Origin: Phaeosaccion multiseriatum
Taxonomy: Eukaryota > Protista > Ochrophyta, other classes
NCBI GenBank assembly: GCA_965112735.1
Contig: OZ218963.1
Location: forward strand, 2,914,001 to 2,978,000
Direction: 5' to 3'
Length of the DNA: 64,000 nucleotides
Shown here: positions 37,001-48,737 of the stretch, in pieces
Layout: each line of letters opens with the position of its first letter
How positions within the stretch are numbered: position 1 is the first letter of the stretch
Made by a program: the position numbers and the translations under genes
Notes under the pieces: model-generated
The model's input: only the letters and a program-made list of their open reading frames with translations
Told to the model about the DNA's origin: nothing
The model's database searches: none

Positions 37001-40000
37001 GGGGGGGGGCGATAGATATTAGGAGGAGGAAAACACAGGCTCTTTAAAGGGGGCTCCGAGGGCCTCCCCAGGGAGGGGGTCCACGGGGAGAGGAGCAAGT
37101 CCTGCGCTCAATGCACCCAAAGAAGCGTTCATCCAAGAGCTCCTCTCCTCCGCACACTCCTACCCCTCCCCATCCTTCCCCTCCCCTCTGTCCCTCCCTC
37201 TCTCCGTTCTTCCCTTCCTCCCTCCCTCCCTCCCGCCCCTCCCCACCCCACCTGGATACACTTTGCCGAATGGTCTTCGTCCCTCCGCCTCTGTGTCACC
37301 ACCTCACTCCACGCGGCGCACTTTCTCGAGGACAAGAAGTAGCGCACAACCGCAGCGATGCGAACTGCCGCGGCGTTCTGTTGAGGGGAGGAGGGGAGGG
37401 GGGGAGGGGAGGGGGGGAGGGGAGGACGGAGCAGGGGAGGATGGATTTTGGGAGGTTGGTTGGCTGGCTGGTTGGTTGGTTGGTTCGTTCTCATGCGTTC
37501 ATGGGGGGAAGGTGGGCGGGGATGGTGACCCTTGTACGTGAGGAAGGAGCCGGGGGGGGGATGATGGTACGCAGGAGGGGGACAGCGGTGGGCGGTGAAA
37601 CGCGTACTGGCAAGCCCTGGCAAGCGCGCCCCATGTATCCTCACAGCAAACAGAAATAGTACACACGAGGGGTGACACGTTCACACACGCCATAAGGTGC
37701 CATCCTATTGACAAACGAGGCGTTTCAGAAGGCCGTGCGGGCCTGCCTCACCTGCAGCTCCACTTTCCGATTGCGGTGGACGATTTGGAGCGCCATGTGC
37801 ACAAATTGGTCCTGCCGACGCACCAGATGACCCCTGCACAGCGGCAGGAAGCAAGCAAGCAAGAAAGCAAGCAAGCAAGCAAGGAAACAAGATGCAAGCA
37901 GGCAGGCAGGCAGGCAGGCCAGTAAGTGGGCAAGCAAGTGAGTAAGCAAGCAGGCAAGAAAACAACCAAACAGGTGGGGGGTGATGTGAGTCGGAGGGAA
38001 CACCCCCCCCCCGACACCCCGCATGGGCACGGCACTTTCATGCTCACTTCCTTACCTGAATGCGGCCTGGATAGGAATGGCATTCGCTCCTTTGGCCATG
38101 AGCTGTGCCCTCTCTACTCGGCACTCTGTCGCAAAGCACCGCACTCTGTGCCAAGCAAAGGCAAGGAGAAGCCCCAAATCAACCCCCCCCCGAGCGGGTG
38201 GTAAACATGTGGTAGAGAGAGGGGGGTGAGAGAGACAGAGAGAGAGGTAGAGAGAGATGGAGATAGAGAGAGGTGAGAGAGACAGAGATGAGAAAGACAG
38301 ATAGAGAGATGGAGAGAGAGGTAGATTTGGAGAGAGAGGCAGACAAGAAGAAAGCGTGTGAGAGAGAGACGGGCAGGGATGCCGACTTTTGGACTTTGGA
38401 CCGTCGCGGCCTCCTGCAACAGACACGCCTCACAAGATGCGGATCCGAATAATGGGGGTGGTCAACCGACCCCCCAAGTCTTCCTCCCCTCCTCCCCTCC
38501 CATTCTCGCAGAAGGACAACAGAAGAAACGACGCAAGACTTTCACACGAGGCGAAATACTTGCCTGTAGCCCCGATACGCCCTCTGGACAAGTCGTGCCC
38601 CGATGTCCGCCTCCCTCCAGTACACCTTCTCCTTGATAGCCGCAGCCCGCAGGTGCCGCTGAAACGCCATTTGTATCTGCAGAGCCGCATTGTCCAAGCG
38701 CTCGTTCTCTTGCCGCTCTTGCTCGCGAAGGCTGTGGCGGAGGGAGGGGGGGGGGGGTGAGAGCCTCTCAGTGGTGCGTAGTGCTTCGCTTACCCCCGGT
38801 GGCAGTAGGAGTAATTGACATATCGGAAGACAACGAGCAGGGGGGGGGGGGGGTCGAGGAAAAACGATTGTATGCCCTTCTTCAAGCGCACGGCCACACA
38901 CTGCCTATACATATACAAAGTACATGTATACAAAGCCCATGCATGGCACACACATACACAGCAGGCTCGCTCTCTGCTTTGACCGATGCGGGGCTTTTGT
39001 CTCCCACCGAACCAAAAAAAAATGTTACGCACCTACTCCAAAAGCTTCCCCAGCGTTTCTGAATGAGCCGCGCCGCCGCCGTCTCCACCTGATACTGCGC
39101 TTCTTCCACTCTCTGATGCACCAAGTCTGGGCGAGGCAAAAAGCCAAAGAAAGTGCGCGCCTGTGCAGTGCGTGCCCAGTGCAGGGGGGGGGGGAGGGAG
39201 GGAGGGAGGGAGGGAGGGAGGGAGGTAGGAGGGAGAGAGGGGGTGGAGGAGGGTCTATGCACATCAGTGGATAAGAAGCGTCTCTCGCGGCCCATCGACG
39301 AAGCACTGCAGCGCTAACCCCATTCAGCCCCCCCCCCCCCGACCATCTCTCTGAAACTGTCCACAGTGCGTGTGGAGAAGAAGGGAGGCAGATCCCCCTC
39401 TTTCCCCCCCACCGAGCTCTCCCCGCCCTTCCCCTTACGTACTACTCTTACGTTCTACTGTTTACCTCTCCTTGTGTACTACTGCTTACCTCCATGACAA
39501 ACGCCTTGCCCACCCCGTCCACGAGTGCTCGGAGTCCGTTGGTGGACACCTCCATACAGCCGGTGATGTTGAGCGTCTGTAGAGAGGGGCAAGCCTGTGC
39601 CACCACACACAGGCCTTTCTCGGACACCGCTCTGGCGCTGGCAATGTTCAGGGCCTAGTGTAGTAGGTAGGGAGGGAGGGAGGGAGGGACGGAGGGAGGG
39701 AGGGAGGGAAGGAGGAAGGGAGGGAGGAAGGGAGGGATGGAGGTAGGTAGATAGGGAGGAAGGGAGGGAGGGATGGAGGGATGGAGATAGATAGGTAGGT
39801 AGGAGGTGGGGGGGGAAGGAGGGAGGGAGGAAGGGAGGGAGGCAGGTGGGTAGGTAGGTAGGTAGGTAGGTCGGTAGGTAGGTCGGTAGGTAGGAGGGAG
39901 GGAGGGAAGGAGGGAGGTAGGTAGGTAGGTAGGTAGGTAGGTAGGCAGGGAGGAGGGAGGTAGGGAGGGAGGTAAATAGGAATGGTGGGAGAGGATGTAG

Positions 40001-41051
40001 AGGGGCTGAATGCGGCGGCGCTAGGCATGGGCGAGTGGGGGAGTGTATGGCGCAACCTCCACGCTCGAAAGAACGCTCACATAGCAAGCAACCCCCGTCC
40101 TCGACAAGACCAACCTGAAGCTGGGGGCAGCCCCGAGCTAAGGCCGCGATGCCCCTGTCGGTCACCCGGAAGGACCCGGGAAGGGCCAGCGACTTGAGCT
40201 CGGGGCAGCGTCTGCCGAGCGCGTGCAGACACGTGTCGCTGAGCTCAAAGCAATGGCTCACGTTGAGAACTTGAAGCTGCGGGCAGCCCTGCGGTGCGTG
40301 CGGAAAGAGGAAGAGTAAATGGGGCCAGCGGAGCGTGGCCTGATGGGTTGGTGATTTGACGGAAACAGTGCCCGCAATAGCTCCCGTACAATACCGACAA
40401 TAGCTCCGCGGCTGTGTGTATACAGATCCGAGCACCACCCCGATCCTTCTTCCTCCTTCCAAGTCGCTCCGTGATTGGTTTCAGCTCCGCTTGGACGCTT
40501 GCTGTTAACCCCCCCCCCTGAACGTACCTTGGTTATAGAGACGATTCCCTTGTCGCTGACATTCTCACAGCTGTCGAGGCTGATAAACCTGAGATTCCGG
40601 CAGGCCCCGCTCGTCCCCCCCCCTTCCCTTTCCCCCTTGCTCTGGAAAGGCCGGCCCCTTTCTCTGGTCTGGCTGTTGCTTGCCCCCCTGCCGCCGCCCC
40701 TCCGCCCCTTTGCCGTGCTCCTGCCCATGCCTTCGTCCTCAGGCTGCTGGCCGCCTCGCCGGAGGGAGGGGTCGAAATTCGCAAGTCCCCTGTCCGAAAC
40801 CCCATTACATTGCTTCATAGAGAGGGACTGCAGCAAAGAACAAGCGGTCCCGAAACCGATCGTACCAGTGATGTATCCAAGGCACTCGTCCGTGAGTCTG
40901 CGCCAGGTCGACAAGAGAGGACAGGAACAACAAGGGGGGGGGGGGGCAGAGAGGTTAAGAAATGTACACGAGGGATAGAGAGGTGTAAATAGTTCATGTT
41001 CGTTGCGTTTCAGTCCGTCAAGATGCCGAAGATAGCATTGCAGCTGGTTGG

Positions 41052-41133
<82 letters not shown>

Positions 41134-42098
41134 ACCTTTGGCAGCGGGAGAGATTGAGGCTGGTCAGCGTTGGCCCGCAGCTCACGGCCACAGCTCTGCA
41201 GCCCTGATTGGTGACAGAAAGACAGTCCGAGAGGTCGAGCGAGGCTAGCGCGAAGAGGCGAGGCACAAACACCTCAAGCATTGCGTCGGTCACGGCCGTA
41301 CGGGCCAGGCTACAGGACTTGAGGGTATGGCCCTGGGGCGGAACAGAGGGGATAAGGTGGCGAGGGAAATTGTGTTGGTTGGGACAATTTGTGCAATGAG
41401 CCCAACGAAGGAAAGGAGGAAGGGGGCAGCCGAATGGTTTGTGAGGGGACGGAACGAGGTGGTGCCTCATCCACAAACCGAACTTTGCAGTAAGCGGTTC
41501 CTTCACGCCGTTCTCGCTACTATAAAAGGCGGTTTCTTAAAGCCGTGGAGGATATACCACGCACATGCCAACGCGAGAATCGCTGGTAAAAAACACATTC
41601 ACCCCCTTCCCTCCTCTTACCGAAGATAGACTGAGACTCCTCAAGCCACTAACGCTGACCCCCTGCTCCGGCCCGCCCCTCCAATCGCTAAAGTCGGCCG
41701 TCTCCAAAGGGTGGGTGTGCCGTAAACCGTCCCACATTTCTCCCTCATGGAGCCCCTCGATGCGCTGCGCGCGGACATCGACCCGCTGCACGGACGGAGG
41801 AAGCTCTGCCAACATTGCCCTGGGAGTGGAGGGGCGACGAGTCATCCGAAAACGAGAGAGCCATCCGCATTTCGATAAGCCAAGGGAGCGGAGGGGAGGA
41901 GGGAGGGAACTCTATAGTGTGCACGGCGCTAGAGACCTCTCTCTTGCCCCGGTTTTCTCTTTGTCTCCCCACTTACTTGACCTTACGCATGTCCTTCGTC
42001 TGCGGCTTCCGCCCTTCGGTCACCATCATGCGCTGGGCGACCATGGCTCCAAATGCAGGGCCTCGCACGAGGAAGCGCTCGTGGCGGTCGAGCTCCAT
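31998..42098 (-). CDS. Large multidomain protein: cysteine-containing LRRs (FBXL/AMN1 type), many IQ motifs, WW-like and Tudor-like segments; about 20 exons
   Basis: LRRs (LASLDLSDCLSVTNQG, CPQLQVLNVSHCFELSD); IQ motifs (IQAAFRG, VQRAYRG, IQRTFRG); WW-like WEEAWDE..AYWFN; Tudor-like IGRVANVYWP..HRLDYEDGDHEW. The LRR-to-IQ exon junction is phase-compatible. Confidence 0.75.
33231..33335 (+). repeat. Intronic 31-bp minisatellite, about 3 copies
   Basis: Unit GAGTTACATACAGGCAACAGAAGAGCATCTT. Confidence 0.85.
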
Positions 42099-42540
42099 CT
42101 TCTCCCTCAGAATGGCAAGACAAGGCTCATTTCAGAGGCAGCATCTTCGGTGGAGCGCTACTGCTGCCTGAGACTTGAGGAAGGGCGCTTGGAAGCGGAA
42201 GGGGCGCCGGAGAGCGTGAAAGGGATAGGAGAAATTACAGTTTCAGTTTCAGTTTCAGTTTCAGTTGTCAGGAGGGAGGGAGGGAGTGCTAGCAAGATCA
42301 ACTCAAACTGCTCATCCATGCCGTCTACTGGCCATCGACTGCCGTCCACTGCCATCCACCAATATCCACTACCATTCATTAGTGGGACAACCTACTAAAT
42401 CTGAACCGAGGTTTCACGCATTTGAGACCTCTTGACGAAGTGCTTTCTTGGCAGCAGCTGACGCAAGGTGACGAAAGGGATGAAGGGTCGTGGGATCGAC
42501 ATTGGTTAAGCTCTAATGGACTGAAGTGTTCTCCTCATCT

Positions 42541-44939
42541 CTAATGCTGCGCCCCGTCCTCCTCGTCGTCCTCGTCGTTACGGATGGCACTTAAAGTGCA
42601 GGCGGGCAGCTCCGGTGAGCGAGCTTGTGGGATGCAGTTCTCAAGCAGCACTTGTCTGGTCGCTGCGGCCACCTCGCTCCGCTCCAGCAAAATGATGCGG
42701 AAGGGGAAGAAGGTGAAGCGAAGGTACTGCTCGTCTGCGCTGGAGTCAATGATGCGGCACAGCTGCTTGAGATTGCTCACGGGCACGTTGTTGCACTGAA
42801 TTACGTGCAAGTGCTCCAGGCCCTCGAAGCCAAGATTTGCCTGGTGGCTCATGATTTGGCTGAGGAGAACCACCTGATCGTCCTCCTGCTGCTTCACCCC
42901 ATTGTGGGCCAGCTCCATGAGGTGCGTCATACCTGCACACTTATCTGCGTAGGCCATTTCCTCTCGAATGTACGGCTCACTCAACACGGTGAACACCAAT
43001 CCGGCCACAATCGCGTATGAGGGAGACTGCCCCTCGCTGTGCTGAGGCAGGAAGTCGCCCACCAGAGAAAGCGGCACCTTCACATCCACGCTCGCACCCT
43101 TCCGCCACACCGCCAAGTCCACTATATCCCCGGGGAAGAGCTGCGAGCAGTAGTACCGCATTGCCACCCTCTCACCCCTGCGAAAGGGGATACTTCCGTC
43201 GCTCGCCACGCGGATGCCGTCAATGCCCATAATCACATCGTAGGGCTGCAGCACCTTGGCCGCGGGGACCACACGCTCGATATCCGTCACCAACACGCCT
43301 GTCTTGACGTCCGTGGGGATGCCCAAGCTGCTCCGGAGCGCGTGGGACTCCAGCCCCTGCAGGCCCACACCCAGTCGTGGAAACCCCGTGTAGCGCCCGT
43401 GCTTCTCCACGTCGTAAAGAAAGTGCCTCACGACGTTTACGGGCACAACAAAGCCAATGTTCTCCACGTCTGCCCCTTCCAGCGACTGAAACGCCACCCC
43501 CACGAGCTCGCCCGCATCGTTTACGACAGGGCCGCCGCTGTTGCCTGGATTGATAGCGGCGTCAATCTGCACGGACAGTAGCGTCGTTCCCGCCTGTGCG
43601 TACGTGGTCATTTCTACTCTGCTCACCACACCTGCAGTGATGGAGATGGACTCGCCCCCCACAGGGTAGCCGAGTACGTTGACATCGTCCGTGAGCTCCG
43701 GTATCTCACCAAAACACAGTGGCGTCGTGTCCTCCCAAAATTCGTCGTCCTCCACCGTTATAATGGCGAGGTCGCTCTCCTCCCCCACAGAAATCACCTT
43801 TGCCGAGAACTTGGTCTCGCTGTCTCGCTTTCGGACCTGCAGGGGACCAGGAGCAAGACAGGGGCGGCAGCACCAACTCTGTGGTTAATGGTGTTGTCTC
43901 CTCTTCACCGGAGTACACACCCAGCACCCTATCCGGCACCACTTCAGCCGGCAGTCCTTCACCTCCTCGTCCGTTCCAAGCAACCAACCTGAATAGAGCT
44001 AGAGTACTCGACAGAGTGCGCATTGGTCAGTATGCGTCTCCCGTCGATGAGGAAGCCCGTGCTGGTCGACTGCTCCTGTTTGAGACGCTGGGGGGGGGGG
44101 AGGGGGGAAGGGACAGGATGATATAAACACGTGGACATGCGAGGGGGATGTTAGGTCCGTTCATTCAGGGCAAGTAAGACCGTGGGACTCTTCTGAAACT
44201 AGCTCACCTGCCAAGGCATTGAGTACGACGGGACGCAATGCGTACAAGAAATCCGTAACACGCTATTCAGGACGCTGTCCATGTGTTCACGGTCCTCCAC
44301 AAAGGAGACGCAGGCATCGAAGGCTTCCTCGTTCCTCAAGTCCCCCTTCGGCACCAGCTGCTCCCCCCCCTCCTCTCCAAATAAAGAGGTCCCATCCTTT
44401 ATCTCCGCCCAGCGGTTATCCTTCAGATAGTCTTGGCCGCCCCGATCAGCGATCATCTGCCTCCACCGCTCATCCAACGCCTCCTGCGCGTATCTCGCAC
44501 CACCGCCCGGCACCTCATGTCCCACAAAGGGGCGCGCTGCTTCTGCTGTTGTTGCTGTGGGCACGGTCAGTCCATCCTCGCTGCTGCTTCTCACCCTCCT
44601 ACTGTCTCTTCTTCTGCTCGCAATGACATTGCCCTTGCCGCCCAAGGCCAGTGTGCCTTTGCTCGTCGGCCTCTTTCTTCTTCTCCTCCTCCTCCTATCT
44701 CTACTGCTCCTGCTGTTATTACCACCTTGATGAGCAGCAGTCAAGGAGCCAGGCCCAAAGGCATGTGGCAAGGGGCTGCTCTTTCTAAATCCCTCACGGC
44801 CTGCCCAGGTTAGTCCTGGGTGCCGGACGAAGGCCCTCGACTCCTGTTGTTGAAGGGAAAGGAGGAGAGTCAAGTACGTAGCTGTGGTCGCTGCGAACCA
44901 CCGCCTCGGTGGTTGCAGATGCAATTGAATATATTGCAT
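42541..44939 (-). CDS. Deg/HtrA serine protease (DEG2/DEG9 type) with PDZ-like domains, probably plastid-targeted; 3 exons
   Basis: STGFLI..RRILTNAH, DLAII, QIDAAINPGNSGGP, ENIGFVVP, DGSIPFRRGER; N-terminal hydrophobic leader ending SRA-FV. Confidence 0.93.
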
Positions 44940-45054
44940 ATCTTGCCTTGTTTACAACTGTACTTGGTGTGGCACAATATCGAATCAAGGGAGAGAGTTT
45001 CAGTTTCAGCTAATGAGGCATCCTTTGCTTTGTGGTCGATCGATTGTGGCTGGG

Positions 45055-45545
45055 TCGGCCCCCCGCGGGGCTTCTCTGGCCCCCCGATAAGCAGAAGCCT
45101 GAGGCGGCCTGCGGCCGGAAGCAAGAAGCCCGGGGCTGGCCTGCGGCCAGAAGCCTGGCATAATCTCCCCCCCCCCCCTCCGTGAGCCTGCCTCGGCTCC
45201 AGGCGAGATTTCTCAGGCTTTAGGCTTCTGGGCCGTAGCCCCCTCCAGGCTTCGGGCTTCTGGCCGCAGGCCAGTGGTCAGGCTTCAGGCTTCGCAGGCT
45301 GGGAGAAAAATGGGGGACTTGGCAGGCTTTTCGCTACTTTCTGCAGGCTTGCTTCTGGCCGCAGGCCAGCAGCCGCAGGCTTCTTACTTTCGGCCGCAGG
45401 CCGCCGCAGGCTTCTGCTTTATCGGGGGCCCGAGAAACCTCGCCTGGAGCCGATGAGCCCCCCTGAGCCCCCCTGAGAAGCCTGAAGCCTAGACCGCTGG
45501 CCTGCGGCCAGAAGCCCGAAGCCTGGAGGGGGCTCGGGGGGTCGA
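45055..45545 (-). mobile_element. MITE, divergent subfamily-B relative in reverse orientation, hosting a nested copy
   Basis: Ends TCGGCCCCCC / GGGGGGTCGA; flanks TGGCTG(GG) and TGGCTG; its reverse complement aligns by eye to the subfamily B interior. Confidence 0.75.
45193..45453 (+). mobile_element. MITE, subfamily B, nested in the 45055 element
   Basis: 22-bp TIR TCGGCTCCAGGCGAG(A/G)TTTCTC; TSD TGAGCC, with an extra TGCC on the left; AGGCTTC motif repeated throughout. Confidence 0.85.
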
Positions 45546-45752
45546 TGGCTGTGGGTATACAGTCGACCCCAGTCAGCCAGCACGCTATCCGCTATCGCCG
45601 GCGCCAGCCGGCGCGCTATCCGCTATCGGCCGGCGACAGCCGGCGCGCTATTCGGCCCCTGACATGCTTCTGAGGCGACCCTGCTTCCTGCTTCTGGCCG
45701 GCGCCAACCGGCCACGCAGCCAGGTTCCAGGTTCTGGGGGAAAGCCATGTTG

Positions 45753-46152
45753 TCGACCCCTGACACGCTATCCGCTATCCCGGCGCCAGCCGGCGCGCAG
45801 CCCCCTCCAGGCTTCGGGCTTCTGGCCGCAGGCCAGTGGTCAGGCTTCAGGCTTCTCAGGCTGGGAAGGCTTCTCGCTACTTTCTGCAGGCTTCTGGCCG
45901 CAGGCCAGCCGCAGGCTTCTTACTTTCGGCCGCAGGCCGCCGCAGGCTTCTGCTTTATCGGGGGCCCGAGAAACCTCGCCTGGAGCCGAGGCACGCTATC
46001 CGCTATCGCCGGCGCCAGCCGGCTTTGGTGAGGGTTGTGGGGGCGTGCTATCCGCTGTCGCCGGCGCCAGCCGATCCGCTATCCGCTATCGGGGGCGGGG
46101 GGGGGCGATAGCGCGCTATCGCGAATGTGGGCGATAGCGCGTCAGGGGTCGA
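45753..46152 (+). mobile_element. MITE, subfamily C; nest level 3
   Basis: TIR TCGACCCCTGAC..GCTATC; TSD CCATGT (plus TG on the left). The empty site GAAAGCCATGTAATA is visible in the D copy near 23595. Confidence 0.9.
45798..45989 (+). mobile_element. MITE, subfamily B, left TIR missing; nest level 4
   Basis: Closely matches 45237-45453 and ends in GAGAAACCTCGCCTGGAGCCGA. Confidence 0.8.
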
Positions 46153-46738
46153 CCATGTAATAGGACCGTCAAGGCTGCTTCCTGCTTCTGGCCGGCGCCA
46201 GCCGGCCTGCTTCCTGCTTCTGGGCTGGCCTGTCTCAGAAGCATGTCAGAGGCCGACGCTATCCGCTATCGCCGGCGCCAACCGGCGCGCTATCCGCTAT
46301 AGGCCGGCGCGCTATCCGCTATAGGCCGGCGGCCGATAGCGCGCTATCGAGAAAGTGGGGTCGAATTACAGTTGCAACAAAAGCAAACCTCTCCACTTGA
46401 TGGATCCTTGATGGCAACAATCCAGCGATTGGCGGTGAGCGATCAATGTACGCTAGGGAGGTGAGGCATAGGCTATTTTTGTAGGGATGGTCGAGGATGG
46501 AGGTATTCACTGTCATTCACTGTGCTCATATGCTTCGCTCAGAGGAGAGTGACGCGCCTGAGGACCAGCATGTGACCTGTGAAGTGTGCGAGGGGGGAAA
46601 TCCCCCTTCGAGTGCCATCCTTGGACGAATGGTGTTCCTATTGCAAGATGATGGGAAGGAGCGCACCTCGCTCACTCACGCTAGAACGCTATACTCGGTA
46701 ACGGGGAGCTCACTTCATGAACCTCAACCCCAGCCATG

Positions 46739-48686
46739 CTATCCTCCTATCCTCGGCAAAGCAATGCTCAGGGACGACGCGTCCGAGCGCTGTCGCCCCA
46801 ATGTGACGCGTTGAGGAGATGGATCGTGTTGCTTCGCTGCTCCATGTGCCCAGTCGTCACGGGCCTGAGCCCTATCGCCAAGCCCTGCTGTTTCCGCCCG
46901 TAGCCGCACTGGCACTGCCGGGTCGCCTGCTGTGGGCCTCTCGAGCGGCGCCTCGCCACCACTGACGAGAAGAAGGTCCTTCGCAACCCCTTGCTGCGGG
47001 GGGGGTGGCGACTTCTGACGAAACTTCTTGCTGGACTGCTCAGTAGAGCTGCCGGGCTTGTGCTTGTGAAGGGGGGTGTGTCCGTGCAGAGAAGGAGCGG
47101 GCGGTAGCAGATCCAGCACACCATCACCATCCCAAGTTTTTTTGTGTCCTTCTCGCAACTGCTCGAGTTGATACTGCAGCTGTCTTTTCAGAGACGCATC
47201 CTCGGCGGGCGGCTCAGCAGCAGCGACACCGCCCTCTTGCTGCTGCTGCTGCTGCTGCTGCTGACGAGGCTTCCGAGCTGGATGGCGACGACTCTGCTGT
47301 TGCCAGTTTAGTGTGTGCCCCCCCACCTGGATGGACGGGGACTGGTCCAAGTACTCGGGGTGTTGATGCCGCAGCTGCTGCAAGTGCTCCATCGTCAAGG
47401 CGCTAATGACGCTGCCGGCTCCCAAGGAGGACAGATCATCCCCACCTTCGATGCCCACCGACCCGCCGGCTCGATCCTTCCAATCCAAGCTTCCCCCGCC
47501 CCCTCCTCTCCTCATGCTCAACCCGAGCGAAATCCCGCAATCCTTTTTCTCGACTTCTCCTCCTCCTCCCCCTCCTCCTGCTCCTGCTGCTGCTGCCGGT
47601 CCTGCTGCTGAGGTGCCATCGCCATCGAAAAGAAGCGTCCCAAACGGCGCTGTCGATCGGCCGGACGTAGGGCTGTCATTCCCGCTGATGCCGCCCTCCT
47701 CCCAACCGCCTGCACCTGTGAAGCCGAAGGACCCAAGGCCAAGCATGTCCTCCATCTGGCTGCCAATGCTTGCCCCGCCTTGGCTACTGCTCAACGACTG
47801 CCGCGACGCCCCGAGAGACGCTGACAATGTAGTAGCGAGCGATGCGGCCTTGGCAGTCGCTGCCGTTGTCGCTCGCAGCGCTTGGACCGCCGAGTGGGCA
47901 GCTGCTGTGCGTGCAGCCTTGTCGCGCTCGGCCTTGAGGGTGTTGGCCGTGGCTGCCCAGGGCTGGGCTCCGTTCTTGCCCTGGCGCAGGGTTAGCTCCG
48001 GCATGAAGAACTCCGTCTGTTGGGGGCCGCATGTTGGGCAACAGAGAGGCAGGATATGTCGGATCAGGAGGGTGGGTAGACCGGGGTCAGCAAGCCAGAG
48101 GTACCAAAGCAGCAAGAGGCGAGAGGCAAAGGAGCCGACTAATCAAATCATGCAGTGTGCCTCAATAGACTCACCACGAAGTGCAAGCAAAGCGGCACCA
48201 AGAAGAGGACTCAATTTCTGCGAATCTCTTTCCCCTTGCGAGAGAGTCCCCTCTCGGCAGACCGAAACTCCGCAAACCAACCAACCAACCAACCAACCAA
48301 CGAACCAACCACTAAACCAATCCCTTTCCATCGTTCGTACCTGCGTCCCTCCGTCCACGCTAAAGTCTGAGGCGGAAACCTGCAGGCAGACCGACTCCAT
48401 GCTGGCCAGCCGCTCTTCTTCTGCAGACACCAGCGCTCCGTGCCTTGCCCTCCACTGCTCCTTGGCGGCCCTCTCCTCCGTGAGTGCCTCAGTCTTGTCC
48501 TCGAGCAGTGCGTCGAGGCGGTCCTCTTCGGCTTTAGCATCCGTCAACTTGTCTTCGAGCTCGGCGATGGTGAGGCGCTCCGACTGCAGTGTTCGCCGAA
48601 CGGTATGTAGCTCCGTCGACAGGCTGTTAATCTGGAGGCAGGAGAGCAAGAGAGAGAGAGAGAGGGAGAGGGGGGGGGGGGGGGGG

Positions 48687-48737
<51 letters not shown>

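Larger units (their letters stand above)
45652..46256 (+). mobile_element. MITE, subfamily D; nest level 2
   Basis: TIR TCGGCCCCTGACATGCTTCTGAG / CTCAGAAGCATGTCAGAGGCCGA; perfect TSD CGCTAT. Confidence 0.9.
45563..46364 (+). mobile_element. MITE, subfamily C; outermost of a four-level nest
   Basis: Ends TCGACCCC / GGGGTCGA; flanks ATACAG and ATTACAG; CGCTATC repeat interior as at 1640. Confidence 0.82.

Noticed and set aside
45274-46324. ORFs within the MITE stack as a transposase
   Set aside because: They are GC-rich repeat read-through with no DDE or integrase motifs.
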